Shown: positions 1 to 12,903 of the stretch, in pieces
Position numbering within the stretch: the first letter of the stretch is position 1
Layout: every line of letters begins with the position of its first letter
From: Chlorokybus atmophyticus
Taxonomy: Eukaryota > Plantae > Mesostigma and Chlorokybus algae
Assembly: GCA_009103225.1 (NCBI GenBank)
Contig: RHPI01002264.1
Coordinates: forward strand, 269,727-333,726
Length of the DNA: 64,000 bases
Reading direction: 5' to 3'
Notes under the pieces: generated by a model
What the model was told of the DNA's origin: nothing
Seen by the model: the letters and a program-made list of their open reading frames with translations, nothing else
Database searches by the model: none
Position numbers and translations under genes: made by a program

Positions 1-291
1 AGGGGGAGAGGGAGGGGGGGAGGGAGAGGGAGGGAGGGAGGGTGTGCGCACTCGCGCTTGCACGCACATCCGCGTTTGTGGATGCATGTGTGAGAAAGCA
101 AGCAATTGCGTGCGCTTGTGTTCGTCTCATGCAGGTATGTGCGCGCACATGTGCGTTTGCGTGTGTACATGATGCATATGCCTGGTCTGCACGTCCACAC
201 ACCTCGTTGTTGCTGGGAGCTCGAGCTGTGTGCGGGAAGCTTGTTTGCCCGCGTGTCACTGGCATATGCTGGAAGTGATGCATTTCCATCA

Positions 292-1263
292 TCAAGCATT
301 CCAATTGTCGAGGAGCGTGCGTTGCCGGTGAACGGGAGGAGCGGCTGCCCGCGTCTCTTGCGCCAACACACACACCCTCCAGCAACAACCAGAACCACCG
401 CCAGCAGACAACCAGCCACTGCTCCGCCCACCACCGCCCCTGCATGAGCCATGGTGAGTCGACAACAACAGCGAGTATGGATGTTTAGACACCTCCGCAT
501 CCGAAGCCACGTCATACCACTTCCGCTTTACTTAGAGGCCGTGGGTGGAGAGGTGTTGCCAACACCACCGGATGAAGTTGATGGTGATGGAGAGGTGGCA
601 CTTGCGGGTTGGGGAGTGTACACAGGTGCGGGAGTGTAGACAGGTGGGGGAATATAGGCTGGTGCGGGAGTATAGGCAAGTGGTATCAAGGTCGTGTAGC
701 TGCTGGTAAGGCTCAGCTGGAAATGACCGCTGTAGACACGCTGACCTGTCACAGACTGGTCGCCGCACAGCGGTGAGCACTGTTGTTGTTGCAGAAGAAC
801 AGCATACATACAGCATGCAGCCTTCCCGAGTCCAAACTCACAATGTAGTACGTTCTGCCGGCACTGAATGGGACCGCAGCCAATCGGGACCCCCCGAAGT
901 CACCACAGCCATCTGCGTTGCACAAGCGGCAATTGGACCCTGACTTAAAGAGGCTGTAGCCAACCAGCGAGTCGCAAATAAACAGCGCCGTGTCAAAATC
1001 GTTAGGGCATGTGGTAACGTTCACCAGCTCATCAACTGCGGCAGTGTACCTGGGAGCAGAAGTTAATCAAATAGCCCTGAGCGTTATGCTGCGAAAGAGA
1101 CATTGCGAGACTGATCTATGCATGTGCCGGCTCCTGCTCACCGGAACACAAGATCAGGCGCAATCGTCGCCTGACATTTGTTGAAAAAGTAGTCGGGGTT
1201 TGCGAAAGTTGTGCTGAAGTCATGCACGTATGGCGCGGAGGGGATCACAATGGCAGTCTCCCA

Positions 1264-1353
<90 letters not shown>

Positions 1354-1591
1354 NNNNNNNNNNNNNNNNNNNNNNNNNNNNNNNNNNNNNNNNNNNNNNN
1401 NNNNNNNNNNNNNNGAGGGGGAGGGAGGGGGAGGCAGGGAGGGAGGGGTGTGGAATGAGGGAGAGAAACACGACGTGAGGCAGGCACAGCGACAGACCTA
1501 ATATATTTACCAGCGCTGAAGGGGGGCACAGCAGCGGCTGCCACATCCACAGCCACATCCACAGCCATTTCTCCGGTAACAAGCGCACCAT
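292..1591 (-). CDS. Receptor gene with PPC-like ectodomain, Pro/Ser-rich stalk and TM helix (paralog of 25023-28103); 3' part presumably lies beyond the window start
   Basis: ATG at 1591 gives a signal-peptide-like MVRLLPEKWLWMWLWMWQPLLCPPSA. Further exons read TWETAIVIPSAPY...APDLVFR, YTAAVDELVNVTTCPNDFDTALFIC...GRTYYI, a PAPA/SPSP stalk, and TM VVGGAVAGCLLAVVLVVAGGCVCWRKRR. All are colinear with the exons of the 25 kb gene. No kinase is visible inside the window. Confidence 0.72.
1267..1414. repeat. (GA)n microsatellite followed by an assembly gap, in intron 1 of the receptor gene
   Basis: Pure GA run 1267-1353, then N run. Confidence 0.95.
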
Positions 1592-1762
1592 GCCAGCACT
1601 TTAACAAGCCAACGCGCTACTGTGCTGCTCCCTTCTGCTAGTGATTTTCGGATCAAGCGCTCCGACAGCTGGCTGTTCTGTTGGCCGTAGATACAAGACA
1701 CAACAAACACAACCTCTTTCCCCCTCTGGCATGTGAAAAAAGAAGACCTCATTCGATGGTCG

Positions 1763-1808
1763 TGTGTGTTGGGGGGAGGTTGACAGAGTTTAGCTGCGTC
1801 ATTTGACG
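1763..1808 (-). promoter_or_regulatory. Copy of the conserved upstream module of the PPC-type receptor genes
   Basis: Minus strand CAAATGACGCAGC...TCTGTCAACCTCCCCCCAACACA, about 170 bp upstream of the ATG at 1591. Homologous to the cores near 24760, 48430, 53372 and 56340. Confidence 0.6.
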
Positions 1809-2531
1809 GAGACCAGGCCGGTGAGAGGGAGCTAATATCCTGTGTAGTATTAGCGTGCGACGCGGCCTGACGACGCTTTGACAAAACATGCGTGCACTTC
1901 TTCGCGGCGCGCATGCAGGTGAATTTATGTACGTTGCTAGGTTGTACCGTACTACTAAAACGTGTCATGTATAACATAACACCTAGTAACATAATATGTT
2001 ACTTGATATTCGTTTCCGGTGTGCGGTTGATTCAAGGGTCTTACACGTTGGGTGTTTATTTCTTGCAACGATAGGTTGCAGCCGCGTGAGCAAGCCATAT
2101 ATGAAACTCGCAACCTCAATCAATTGATGATGTTATGTAAAGTGATTGATGGAACGAAGTAACATAAGACATGTTCATGCCAACGACTTGCGTACTTGCG
2201 CGCACAAAATACATATAAACGCACACACCACCTGTACAAACATGTGGTTTCACGGATTGTATGAAGTAACATAAGGCATGCTCTTAAAAACAACTTGCGC
2301 GAACGAAACCATACACGCAAACTCCGCCATGATAAATCAGTGTGTTATTATACCTACATTTACATTCAATGGCATTTGTGTGGCATGGTAGGAGTGGGGG
2401 TCAGGTGGGAACAGCTACGTGCAATAGCTTATGATGTGCGACATGCTTGCATCAGATATCGTGATTTGTTGTGTTCTCTGTATGTTGATGCATGAGGGCT
2501 GCATGCCATGCACAGCCCCCCCCCCTCCCCT

Positions 2532-2878
<347 letters not shown>

Positions 2879-4261
2879 CACTGTCCGTGGGTGTCAAACA
2901 TGTGCTGGCATACGCATTATACATGCGAGTGCAATCTTCTAATCACTACACACACATTCACTTGTTCACCCGCTACTACGCATGCGCTTACAACATATAA
3001 AATGCGCGACTATATGTGGTACGGGGTTTCATCTTCACGCCACGCATTAACGGATGTCTTTTATTTGTGTTGGCAATGCATGCTTAGAGCAGAATGACAT
3101 GAGTAAGTCCAATTTAATACAGCTTCAAGCAATAAGCTATGGTAGCAAGAGGCGCTGCCATAAGAAGAGCCACATTCGTTATATACTCCATTTGATGTTA
3201 CATCGACGCTCTTAACCACTAATTGTTACACGAGTTGGTAGTTTGGCGCAACATCATGCGTGAGCACTACAATAAATGCCGTGCGCTTGGCTATTCGCAG
3301 CAGCTGGCTAGCGTGTTCATGTACAAGCGTAATATAGTATGCTTATTATCTGCTTGTCTGTTGATTCAATATGTTAATATATCAATTACGTAATCAATGA
3401 CTGCTTGATTGACATGCTTTGAAATTATGTTCGATTATATGCTGAAAACAACTCGACTTTCACATAATGTTACAACGATTGCGCTAGTGTTGGCACGGCA
3501 ACATATCAAGATTATGGTCGCTGCAAGCGCCAATCCTAGTATTCTACCGGCATTCGCGTCGCCGTGACGCGCGCGAGTCGCACGCTTACTGTGCGTCCGC
3601 GCATTGTGACGCAAATTGTCGTTGCGCTTGTTGCGCGTGACTTTTTATGTGTGGCTGTCCTCATGGCGGTCAGATTAACGTGCTTAGGGGTAGAGGGTCC
3701 CTATTTGGCGCATTTTTTGGGTGGTAAGGGTCTAGCGGGCGCGTCAAATAGTATCTGGCGGCGAAGTTCAAATGTTTCTGGTAGCTTAAGACCTAGGCTA
3801 CACGAGGATATTGTTATTTATTTGTTGGGTTGAGGGTAGCTCATGTTATAGCGCGCCAAAGTAGGGGGTGTAAGGCCTAGACAGCCAAATTGTGCATACC
3901 CTAATTTGGCCACTTCAGAACGCCTGACTGGGCATGACAGGCAGTGTTAATGTGTGAGGTTGATTGCGGCTGTCAAAGGCAGGGTTGCAGCCGATTGCTG
4001 TACGTTGGCAGGCTGTAGGGCAGGCTGTGATGCTGGCGATTTGCTGTGTTGATAGCCATCGTGGTTGGCGGGAGCTTTTGCCGCTACAATGGGCCGCCTT
4101 AGTTGTTGTCATGTGCAAGGTTGTGGGCGCTATAAAGGGTTAGCGGGGCAGCAGCGGCGCTGCTGACCCGCTAACCCTGGTGTGTGAGGCTTTGAAGCTC
4201 ACCGTATGTGAGGCATGCCTCGTGCATGTTCATGAGGTGTGTGTGCACAAAGTGCTCCTGC

Positions 4262-4263
<2 letters not shown>

Positions 4264-4327
<64 letters not shown>
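4264..4327. repeat. (GT)n microsatellite
   Basis: Direct observation. Confidence 0.95.
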
Positions 4328-4329
<2 letters not shown>

Positions 4330-4615
4330 GCTAGTTTTCTGGTTTGCTGGTTGCATGTATGACATGTATGCGTGCATGCACAATGTGTAAGGTGTGCGGC
4401 AAGTTGTTGCAAACATTGCTATTGTTAACTTTGTACAAGTAAGAGGTTTTTTCACTATCTTTCTGCTTGCAGCTGCCTTAACCAAGCTTGAGATCTCTGC
4501 GCCTTCTTCTCCCTCCACCGTGCTCCTGCTTCTCTTCCCGCTTCTGTCACATACGGCAACGGCACCAGCATGCTACAAGCAAAGTCCTCCGCCCAATCCC
4601 ATAGGGGTACTCCAT

Positions 4616-6045
4616 CTAATTGTTGCAGTTCACCATGATGGCGTTCCAGGTGTAGCGCATAAGCAGAGCCTCTGCCTCCTGTCTTGTCCTCTCCCGTTGA
4701 TCCGCTGACAGGTGAGCCTCTGCAGCAGCTGCTTCCTGCTCCCTTTGCTTCTCTCCTTCCGCTTTTTGCTTTTCTTCATTCCTATTTTGATCTGCTGCAC
4801 TCTTCTGCATGCGTTGTAGGGCTGCCTGTTTCTTCCTCAGCTCCTGCACAGCTGCCTTCTCAACTGCCGCAGCGGTTGCCTCAACCTTCTTCCGCTTGGC
4901 TTCTTCCTTGCGAGCTGTTGCTGCTACCTCTCTGTCTGCCCGAGCTTGTGCCTCCTTCTCCAACTTCTCAGCGATCTTATCACTGGTCAGCAGGTGAGCA
5001 CACTGAAAACCACACACCCTCTTCTGCCCTTCCTTGCTGCCTCTGCCTTCCCAACTTGTGTATGCGTTTGCCCATCTTGTTCACCTGCTGCTTGCTCTGC
5101 GGGTGGGGTCTCCTCCGCAAGGTCAATGGCATCCAGCAAGCCCTTCATGGCTGGTGGGATGTTGGTGTCTTCTGGGGTGAAATACTTGTCGAGCACGTGC
5201 TTGTTGAGTGGCCATAGACCACAAGCTCTGAAGCCACCCATGATGTTCGCGGGTGTGAGTCCTTGCAGCCAAGGGTTCACCATCAAGGACAAAAACTCGG
5301 CTCTAGACAGGTCTGAGTTATATCCTGTTTCTTGTCTTGCTTTGTACTCTTTGCGATAAACTTCTTTGAAAAGATGAAAGCAGCTAACATCCAAGACTTG
5401 CAGGCGATGTGTGGGGTGGGGTGGGAGCACAAGGATGTGGAGACCCCGTGCATTGCGAAGCTAATCATGTCGCTGTTGTATCTGCTAACATGCCCGTCCA
5501 CCACCAGGAGAGCAGGGTTTGCTGTGCTCACACCTCCGGGCACCCACTTCACAAGATGCTTGATCCACCTCTCAAAGATGTCTGTTGTCATCCACGCATT
5601 TTTTTGCATAGCAAACACCGAGCCAGGTACTTTCTCCCCAAACTCCGCGTTGTCTTGTGTCATGCGCTTCCCCTTTATGATGATAAGAGGTGGGAAGGTG
5701 TAGCCAGCTACTGATACTGCTGCCATAATGGTAATATGCTCTCTGCTGCCTGTTGTGGCTGCTTGAGCCCAACGTGCACCATTGCATGAACAGGTGACAG
5801 TCAGCATGCCGCACAGTAACTGCTATGCAAGTAATGCATTACTAACACACTTGCCTCTCACAGATGACTCGCTGGTTTTGCATGGTTGTGTTTGGCTCGA
5901 CTCCCACCTTATCAGCAAGAAAGATGCGTTCTGTACCAACTCCCAAGTCTGCCATTACCTTCGCCAAAAGGTAAAAGTAATGGTAAACATCATCTCTCTT
6001 CAGAGCACATCTTCTGGCTTTATCTAACGCCTCAGCCTTGCGGGA
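4616..6045 (-). mobile_element. pogo/Fot1-like DDE_1 transposase, frameshifted and 5'-truncated
   Basis: Consecutive ORFs carry ERIFLADKVG (equivalent to RIYNxDETG), ITIMAAVSVAGYTFPPLIIIKGK, NAWMTTDIFERW, LLVVDGHVSR and (fs) LPPHPTHRLQVLDVSCFHLFK, followed by a charged coiled-coil C-terminus. TIRs were not identified. Confidence 0.85.
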
Positions 6046-6079
6046 GGTGAGGTGTTGGACAAGGCACTGCCAATGCACC

Positions 6080-6379
6080 TGCCACTATCGGTGGGCGGAT
6101 GACAAGCTTTATCGCCGCGTCCATGACAACGACAAGGAGGTGCCAACACCAGCCACCCGCGAGGGTATCATCGCTGCCCTCCACACTGAGCTTGGACACT
6201 TCGGTGTCAAGCGTACAGTTAGCCCGGTAAGGGCGCAATATTGGTGGTATGGGCTGTCCAAACAGGTGCGGGGGTTCGTCAGTTGCTGCCAACAGTGTGA
6301 CATGGTACGCGCCAGCCTCAACACACGCAGCGCCACCTTGCACCCTCTCCCCATCTCCGGTCTTTTCTATCGGCGATAA
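6080..6379 (+). mobile_element. Integrase zinc-binding fragment of the DNMT-Gypsy family
   Basis: DKEVPTPATREGIIAALHTELGHFGVKRT...YWWYG...CQQCDMVRASLNTR matches the integrase N-terminus at about 39080-39300. Confidence 0.85.
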
Positions 6380-6479
6380 AGCCCGCACGAGAGCCAGGTG
6401 TTGCCAGAGGTAGAGGTGTGCCCACCTCAACGGCTGCAGCTCGTTGTTCTTCAAGAAGAGCAGCAGAAGGGTCCAGGAT

Positions 6480-7560
6480 CCAGGCCCGTCGTGCGGCTAT
6501 CTTAGTCTCAATTTATGCAAGGGGTCAGGTTGACGATCACCAACTCAGGTTCCTCCTCCTCTGCCCTGTCGATGGTTGTCGCTACGCACAAGCTTGTGAC
6601 TACAGCCGGAGTGGCAGGTGGAAAGACGGCTGCTGGACTGTGCAGTGACGCAGATGCTATGGTGCTGGCGAGCTCGCCATAGCCATTAACTCGATGCAGT
6701 TCAGACTTTAAGACATCATGTGCTTCATGGTCCAGATCCTAAGCAGCAGTGTGAAAAGAAATCTCATCTGACCAGTTTTGGTTCTTCAAAGCTTGCTGTC
6801 GCATCTTGGAATGGAACTTGATAATGAATCCGTCCAACGAGGTAGTGCCAGCACGTCCGGAAAAGCGCAGGTATGTGGTTGAGCTGGAAGACTCCATCTT
6901 ATAGTTGTCATTGTCGGACGATAGTGGGGAAGCTCGATGGCGAGGAGTAAACCGGAACGAAGTGAAGCCGGAGACAGAACGCGACCCTCTGCTGCTGCGT
7001 CGCTCCCGTCATTGATCCGCTTGTAGGTGTAGATCGGAGGTTGGGCTCCAGCTACTGAGGTCACCCTCGGCTATTGGAGAGAACGGGGTAGGCCTGCTCA
7101 TACAGCTAGTTCACAGGTGAAAGTGTATGCAGGGGAGAGTGTTTGTGCTCTACTGCATGTTTTGGTGCCGCTACCACTCACCACATTAGTGCTTGTGTGT
7201 GCACTATGTGATGACAGTGACAACGAATGCACAGGGTTGTGTCCCCAGCTACAGACTGCACTATCTGATGCAAAATGCGACGCACTCACTTGCGCAAAGA
7301 GGGTGACACTGTGAGTCAACAAGCCACTACTATAGGTAGTGCTGTTACACAGTTCTTTGCGTGAGTAGAGAACGTGTTACACTATTACGTGATGTGGATG
7401 AGCAAGCAACACGTGGATATTATGCCCTAACTGATGCCAACACGCACACCGCAACCAGGCACACCAAGCTCACAGTAATGACAAGTGCAATGCGCGCGAG
7501 CATGCACAGGCTCTCACACGGTGAGGGGTTTCTTGATAGCCGGGACGGCATGTGCGTCGT
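6480..7560 (-). mobile_element. 5' leader and gag N-terminal fragment of the DNMT-Gypsy family
   Basis: Minus frame LRFSGRAGTTSLDGFIIKFHSKMRQQALKNQNWSDEISF matches LYFSDRPGTTPLDDFIVKFDSKMCYQASKLGHWSDEMSY at about 31980-32100. Leader CACTAC-N5-GTAGTGGCTTGTTGACTCAC matches 31481-31511. Confidence 0.75.
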
Positions 7561-8829
7561 TTAAGTCGCTTCACAAGCTCTTAGCTTTCTCACTCATAGT
7601 GTCACCAGCTGATCCGGTGAACACCGTGACTACTTATACAAGTCAAATAATGGCTGTTTAGAACATAAGCTAATGGTCATATCGAGGCTATTTTCATAGA
7701 GATCCCCACTTGATATGAAGTACAATTTATAACTGAACTCACAAATGAACTGCTACGCACGGTGCCTATGTAGGCTGTGGTCATGAGGTAATCTAGAGTC
7801 ATGACCTAGCTACTGGTCAGTGACGCGCGCGGGTTGGTATGCTGGTAAACCAGGCGAGGTTTTCGGTGTAGGCTTGCCCGATGAAGGCTGGTATGCGCGG
7901 ACAATAGGCATGACACCGCCCAGCGCACCATTCCTGTGCTTGAGCGGCCTATATATACTTGACTTTGTCATGGCTTACCACATTGCAATGAGCCAAACAC
8001 TTAATGAGTATGCTTTGAGACCGCTGTTGTAACGATGCTCGTGCTATACACAGCACACAAGTCATACAACACATGTGTGCAGCTGAGCACAATCTTCACA
8101 CCGGAACCTTGCCTTCACTCGCGCACGCACGCACGCGTCGAGCGCGCACACGCACACGAACACTACTACTTCTCACGCCAAGCAAGAACGCAGCAGTGTG
8201 CCTTGGACCACAACTCCCTCAAGCATGCACCAGCATACTCACAGCAGAGAGCAGAAAACAAAGTTGGTTGCATTACACAGGGTTTTTCTATTTATACAAG
8301 CACTAGGAAGAAATAGCCTAATTAACAGGCATTTCATTATTCACTACCAAATCTAAAGGCAGGTCCAAGTGCAGGCTCCCCGCCACGCGCGTTGGGCCTT
8401 CGGCGGCTGTGTGACTGTGCAGTCCGCGTCACCTGGCACTGCACAGCGCGTGTCCAGTCAGCGGCTGTGTCACAACCGCGTGGCAGGTGGGTCACGTCGC
8501 CGAATTAGCTGCTGTCGAGCAGGTTGCAGGCGAGTCGCGCGCGGCAGCAGGGGCAGGCGCCACATGGGCTTAATAAAGCTCATAAAAGCCCTCATCAAGC
8601 CAGCAAAAAAGGCAAAATAAGTACTTTATGTACAATAAAATACAAAAAATGCCCCAGGCTGTTACACCCCTTCCCCCCCGGGGGAGCTTCGTCCTCGAAG
8701 CTGACGACTGCCTCCTCTGGCCTTGTAGTCTTGCAAGACCTGTTTGGCATTGGTAAAGCTCTCCTCAGGCTCGTATGTCGCCTCGTGCATTGGATAGCCA
8801 TGCCACTTCACCAAATACTTGCGCACGCC

Positions 8830-11800
8830 TCAGATCAGCTTGTCCGTGACAATTGCTTCCACTTCCCACTCAGCCTCACCTTCACGAACCACATCTGGAG
8901 GCGGACGAGCTGGTGGCTCCCCTCGATAACCTTTAAGAAGCGAGACATGAAAAACAGGGTGCACATGCATGGTATTGGGCAGCTCCAGCTTGTAGGCCAC
9001 CTTCGAGATGACCTTGATCACTTTAAAGGGCCCAAACCATCGCTCACTCAGCTTGCGCACCCCCGTGACCAGCTGCACATGCTTGGTTGAAAGCATTACA
9101 AGGTCACCCTCCTCGAACACAACATCCTTGCGACGCGCATCGGCGTATTGCTTTTGCCGGTTTTGCGCCACAAGCAGAGCCTCTCGAGCTGCCTTGGTAA
9201 TGTCGGCACACCTTTCAAGAAAGCCGTCCACGGTCTCCACATCTGAACTTTGCATGCTAGGCACCCACGCCGTTAATGGCGTCAATGGATGTTGCCCATA
9301 GTTCATAAGGAAAGGTGTCACGCCCGTGCTTGCACTCTTGTGGTTGTTAATGGTGAACTCAATCAGCTCCAGCATGTCTCCCCAATTGTCTTGGCGGCTG
9401 TTCACATAGCACCGTAGCATGTCTTCGATGACGCGGTTGGCGCGCTCCGTTTGGCCGTCCGTTTCAGGGTGGTACGCGGTGCTGAACTTCAAGCTCGTGC
9501 CTAGAGTTGCGTGGAGAGCTCTCCAAAAGTTGCCAGTAAACCGCGGGTCTCTATCATTGATAATGCTTTTTGGAAGGCCATCAGAGCGCACCACATGCTT
9601 GATGAACAACTTGTCAGCCTCGGGAGCTGTGCAAGTCTCCGTACATGGCGCCAATCGCACCATTTTGCTAGTCTTGTCCACAAACACCAAGATAGCATCA
9701 TGCCCTTCACGTGTCCGTGGCAGCCCCGTGATGAAGTCAAGAGTAACTTGCTCCCACTTCGTCAAAGGTATCGGCAATGGTTGGAGCAGCCCACTGGCGC
9801 GTTGATTGCTCGCCTTCACCCTTTGACAAGTGTCGCACAATGCCACATAGTCCTTAACGTCACGATGCATCTCCGACCAGAAAAATTTCTGTTTCAACAA
9901 GGCTAGTGTCCGTTCCAGCCCTTGATGACCAGCCATTGGCACATCATGCGCTTCCTTCATCAATGCCACGCGCATGTGCGCAATGTTGGGTATGTACATG
10001 CGATCGCCATGCCATAGCAGCCCGTCCTTCAATGCCCAAAGGCCGCTATGTTCAGTCCCATTCTCCAACGCCTCAATGGTCTTCTCCCCCACCGCGTCCT
10101 CATGCAATAAGGCACGGATCTGGTCAAGCCACTTGGGCTGCACTTGCACCACCGTTTCAAGCGCGTTGAGTTGACGGCTTAATGCGTCCGCAACCTTATT
10201 TGAAGAGCCCGGCTTGTACTTCACTTCAAAGTCGAAGAGTTGGAAGAACTCGAGCCAACGAGCTTGCCGCCGTGAGAGGTGAGGCTGCGTTTGAAGGTAC
10301 CTTAATGGCGAGTGGTCCGTCTCAAGTGTGAACCGCTTGCCTTCAAGGAAACAACGCCATTGCCGTAGCGCTAGCACCTGCGCCAGCAATTCCTTCTCAT
10401 GAACGGGGTAGTTGAGCTCAGCCCCGCTCATCTTCTTGCTGAAATAGGCCACCGGTTGCAAGCCGTTGCCGTGATCCTGCTGCAAAACAGCCCCAATAGC
10501 CTTGTCGGACGCATCACACGCCACCACAAAGGGCAATTGCATGTTGGGATGCAGCAGCACGGGAGCCGATGTCAGGGCCTCTTTCAAGTCGGAAAATGCC
10601 TTTGTTGCAGCCTCCGACCAGCTCCAAGCCACCCCCTTCCTCAACAATGCCGTCAATGGTGCCGCCAAGTGCGAAAAGCCCTTTACAAACTTACGATAGT
10701 AGCCGGCAAGCCCTAGGAACGACATGACACCCTTCACGTCCTTCGGGGCAGCCCAATCGCGCACCGCGGCAAGCTTGCTTGGATCTGCCTTGATTCCTTG
10801 CTTGGATACAATGTGGCCAAGGTATTCTACCTCTTCAAGCAAGAAGCGGCACTTGTTGAGCTGAGCAAACAACTTGTGTGTACGTAAACGCTGCATCACC
10901 TCGTGTAGCAATGCCACGTGCTCTCTCTTGCTCTTTGTGTACACAAGGATGTCGTCGAGGTACACTAGCACGCCCTTGCCAATCAGATCAGCAAAGACCT
11001 CATTCATCAAGGTTTGAAAGGTTGCCGGAGCATTTGTCATGCCAAAGGACATCACCAACCACTCATAGTGGCCATAGCGAGTGTTGAAAGCCGTCTTCTC
11101 AACGTCTTCGGGCGCAACACGGATCTGATGGTAGCCACCAGCTAGGTCCAAGCTTGAGAAGAACTCAGCACCCTCGAGCTGCTCCAACAACTCATCAATG
11201 CGTGGCAAAGGGAACACATTCTTCTTGGTGATGTTGTTGAGTGGCCGATAGTCGATGCACATGCGCAAGGCTCCGCTCTTCTTACGTACAAATAGGATAG
11301 GTGCACCGTAAGGAGACTTGCTGTGCCTGATGTACCCACGTTGTAGAAGGTCCTCGACTTGGCTCCTCGCCTCTTCGAGTTCAGCCGGAGACAACTTGTA
11401 CACCGGTCGGTACGGCGGCTTGTGCACGCCCTCTATCAGTTCCACACGGTGATCAACACTTCGCGTGGGTGGCAGACCAGCTGGTAGCCCATCCACCATG
11501 ACGTCTTTGAACTCTTCAAGCAACCTCTGCACCTCGGGGTCCTTCGAACTCTCCGAACCAGTGCCGACCAGCTCCAAGTCCGACTTGGGAGGTGTCTCAC
11601 GCACCATGCACAGCCATGCATCCTTCACATTGTTCCCGGACCAGATCTGCTCCATCTTGGTCTTAGAAACTTGTGACACCAGCTCTGGAACCCCTCCCCT
11701 TGAGCTAGAAGCATGTTGTGGTGCAGCTTGCTGGCGCGCCGTCGTGTCGTGCGCGTCACGCGCATGCAGCACATTGCTAGCAGCCTCGACGCAGCTCACA

Positions 11801-11866
11801 CGCTCTTGAACCACACACGCGCCTTGCATTGAAGCATTGAAGCACATCAAAACCTCACCACCAGCT
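8830..11866 (-). CDS. Gypsy pol (RT, RNase H, integrase, chromodomain truncated by a premature stop)
   Basis: RT YLDD and [10 protein letters not shown]; RNase H CDASDKAIGAVL; integrase HDVPMAGH..CDTC, LDFITGLP, DRDPRF and GQTERAN; chromodomain start WEVEAIVTD, then TGA where copy 2 has CGA. Confidence 0.92.
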
Positions 11867-11872
11867 TNNNNN

Positions 11873-12100
11873 ATACATATATATACATATATATACATGT
11901 ATATAAATGTATATGTATATATATGTACATATACATACATATATATGTATATCTCTACAAATGTATACATATACATACACATATATACATATATACATGT
12001 ATATACATGTATATGTATATACATGTATATATAGGGGTATATATATATACATGTATATATAGGTATATATAGGGGTATATATATACATATATATACACAC
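11873..12100. repeat. TA/TAC-rich low-complexity microsatellite
   Basis: Direct observation, immediately after a 5-N gap. Confidence 0.9.
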
Positions 12101-12379
12101 ATTACGGCTTGCCGGGACATATGCATACACATGCGTGGTTACTGGGCCAGCAGCTATGTGTATAAATAAATGCGATGCAACATGTGCACAGTTGAGTCAG
12201 AGACTGGCGAGTGTTGAAACGACACCACACCAAAGAGTTCACTAGTGACTACCTAGCCGGGGTCTAACCTGCCAGAGTCGGCTAGAGTGGACTAGCTGTA
12301 AAAACCGACAAGAGCACGTGCTGGCTAGGTGGGAAGACTAGGTATATCTGGTTGTTGGACTAGGGTCCACCTATCGCCT

Positions 12380-12903
12380 ATAAGGCTGGCAAAAGTCATT
12401 CTCTGTCCCTTACTTATGTTGGTAAGAAGGGACGAAATGGGATTGCCCATTTTATAAGCGAGTGTAAGTACTTACGGCGTGTGCTCTCATGCGGTCCGCT
12501 TTTGAGCCAATGAGGCCTTGAGTATGATGAACTACACAAGGTATTGATGCCGGGCTAGCATAGAGCTGGTTAGTGCCTAAAGCATGTGAGCCTTTTTATT
12601 GTATTGTGCGTTGCCACAGGAAGTGACAGTTACAAGATTGTGAGCCACATTGGCAAACCACAGGATGTGTATTGTGGTAGTGCAATTTGCCATAGGTGTG
12701 ACAGTTGCGAGGCAAGTATTGCCTGTGGGCAATCCGCAAGAACATATGTACTAGGAGAGTTTGAGTTTGTGATTCCGAGGCCGGAATATTACTACTACAA
12801 TAACCACAGGTGGTATAATACTCCCAAGGTAAAGTTTGTTGGTTCCATTGTAAAGACAAGGTCAGCCCATAATGACACGGCCTCGGTGGCCTTTGACGTC
12901 CTA
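12380..12903 (-). repeat. Dispersed repeat, diverged copy of 49384-49925; possibly a degenerate non-LTR retrotransposon 3' remnant
   Basis: Colinear nucleotide similarity with 49384-49925 (e.g. TAAGGCTGGCAAAAGTCATT, GCCACAGGAAGTG). A minus frame is partly conserved between copies (YVLADCPQ..SHLWQIALP..GLPxWLT). The family assignment is weak. Confidence 0.6.

Noticed and set aside
8035-8620. Identical small ORFs recurring at about 8, 13, 57 and 63 kb
   Set aside because: Incidental frames within the four LTR copies.
11867-12132. N-terminal extension of the 1100-aa ORF (MCMHMSRQ...YIYIC)
   Set aside because: Read-through across a TA-rich repeat and N gap; not part of pol.
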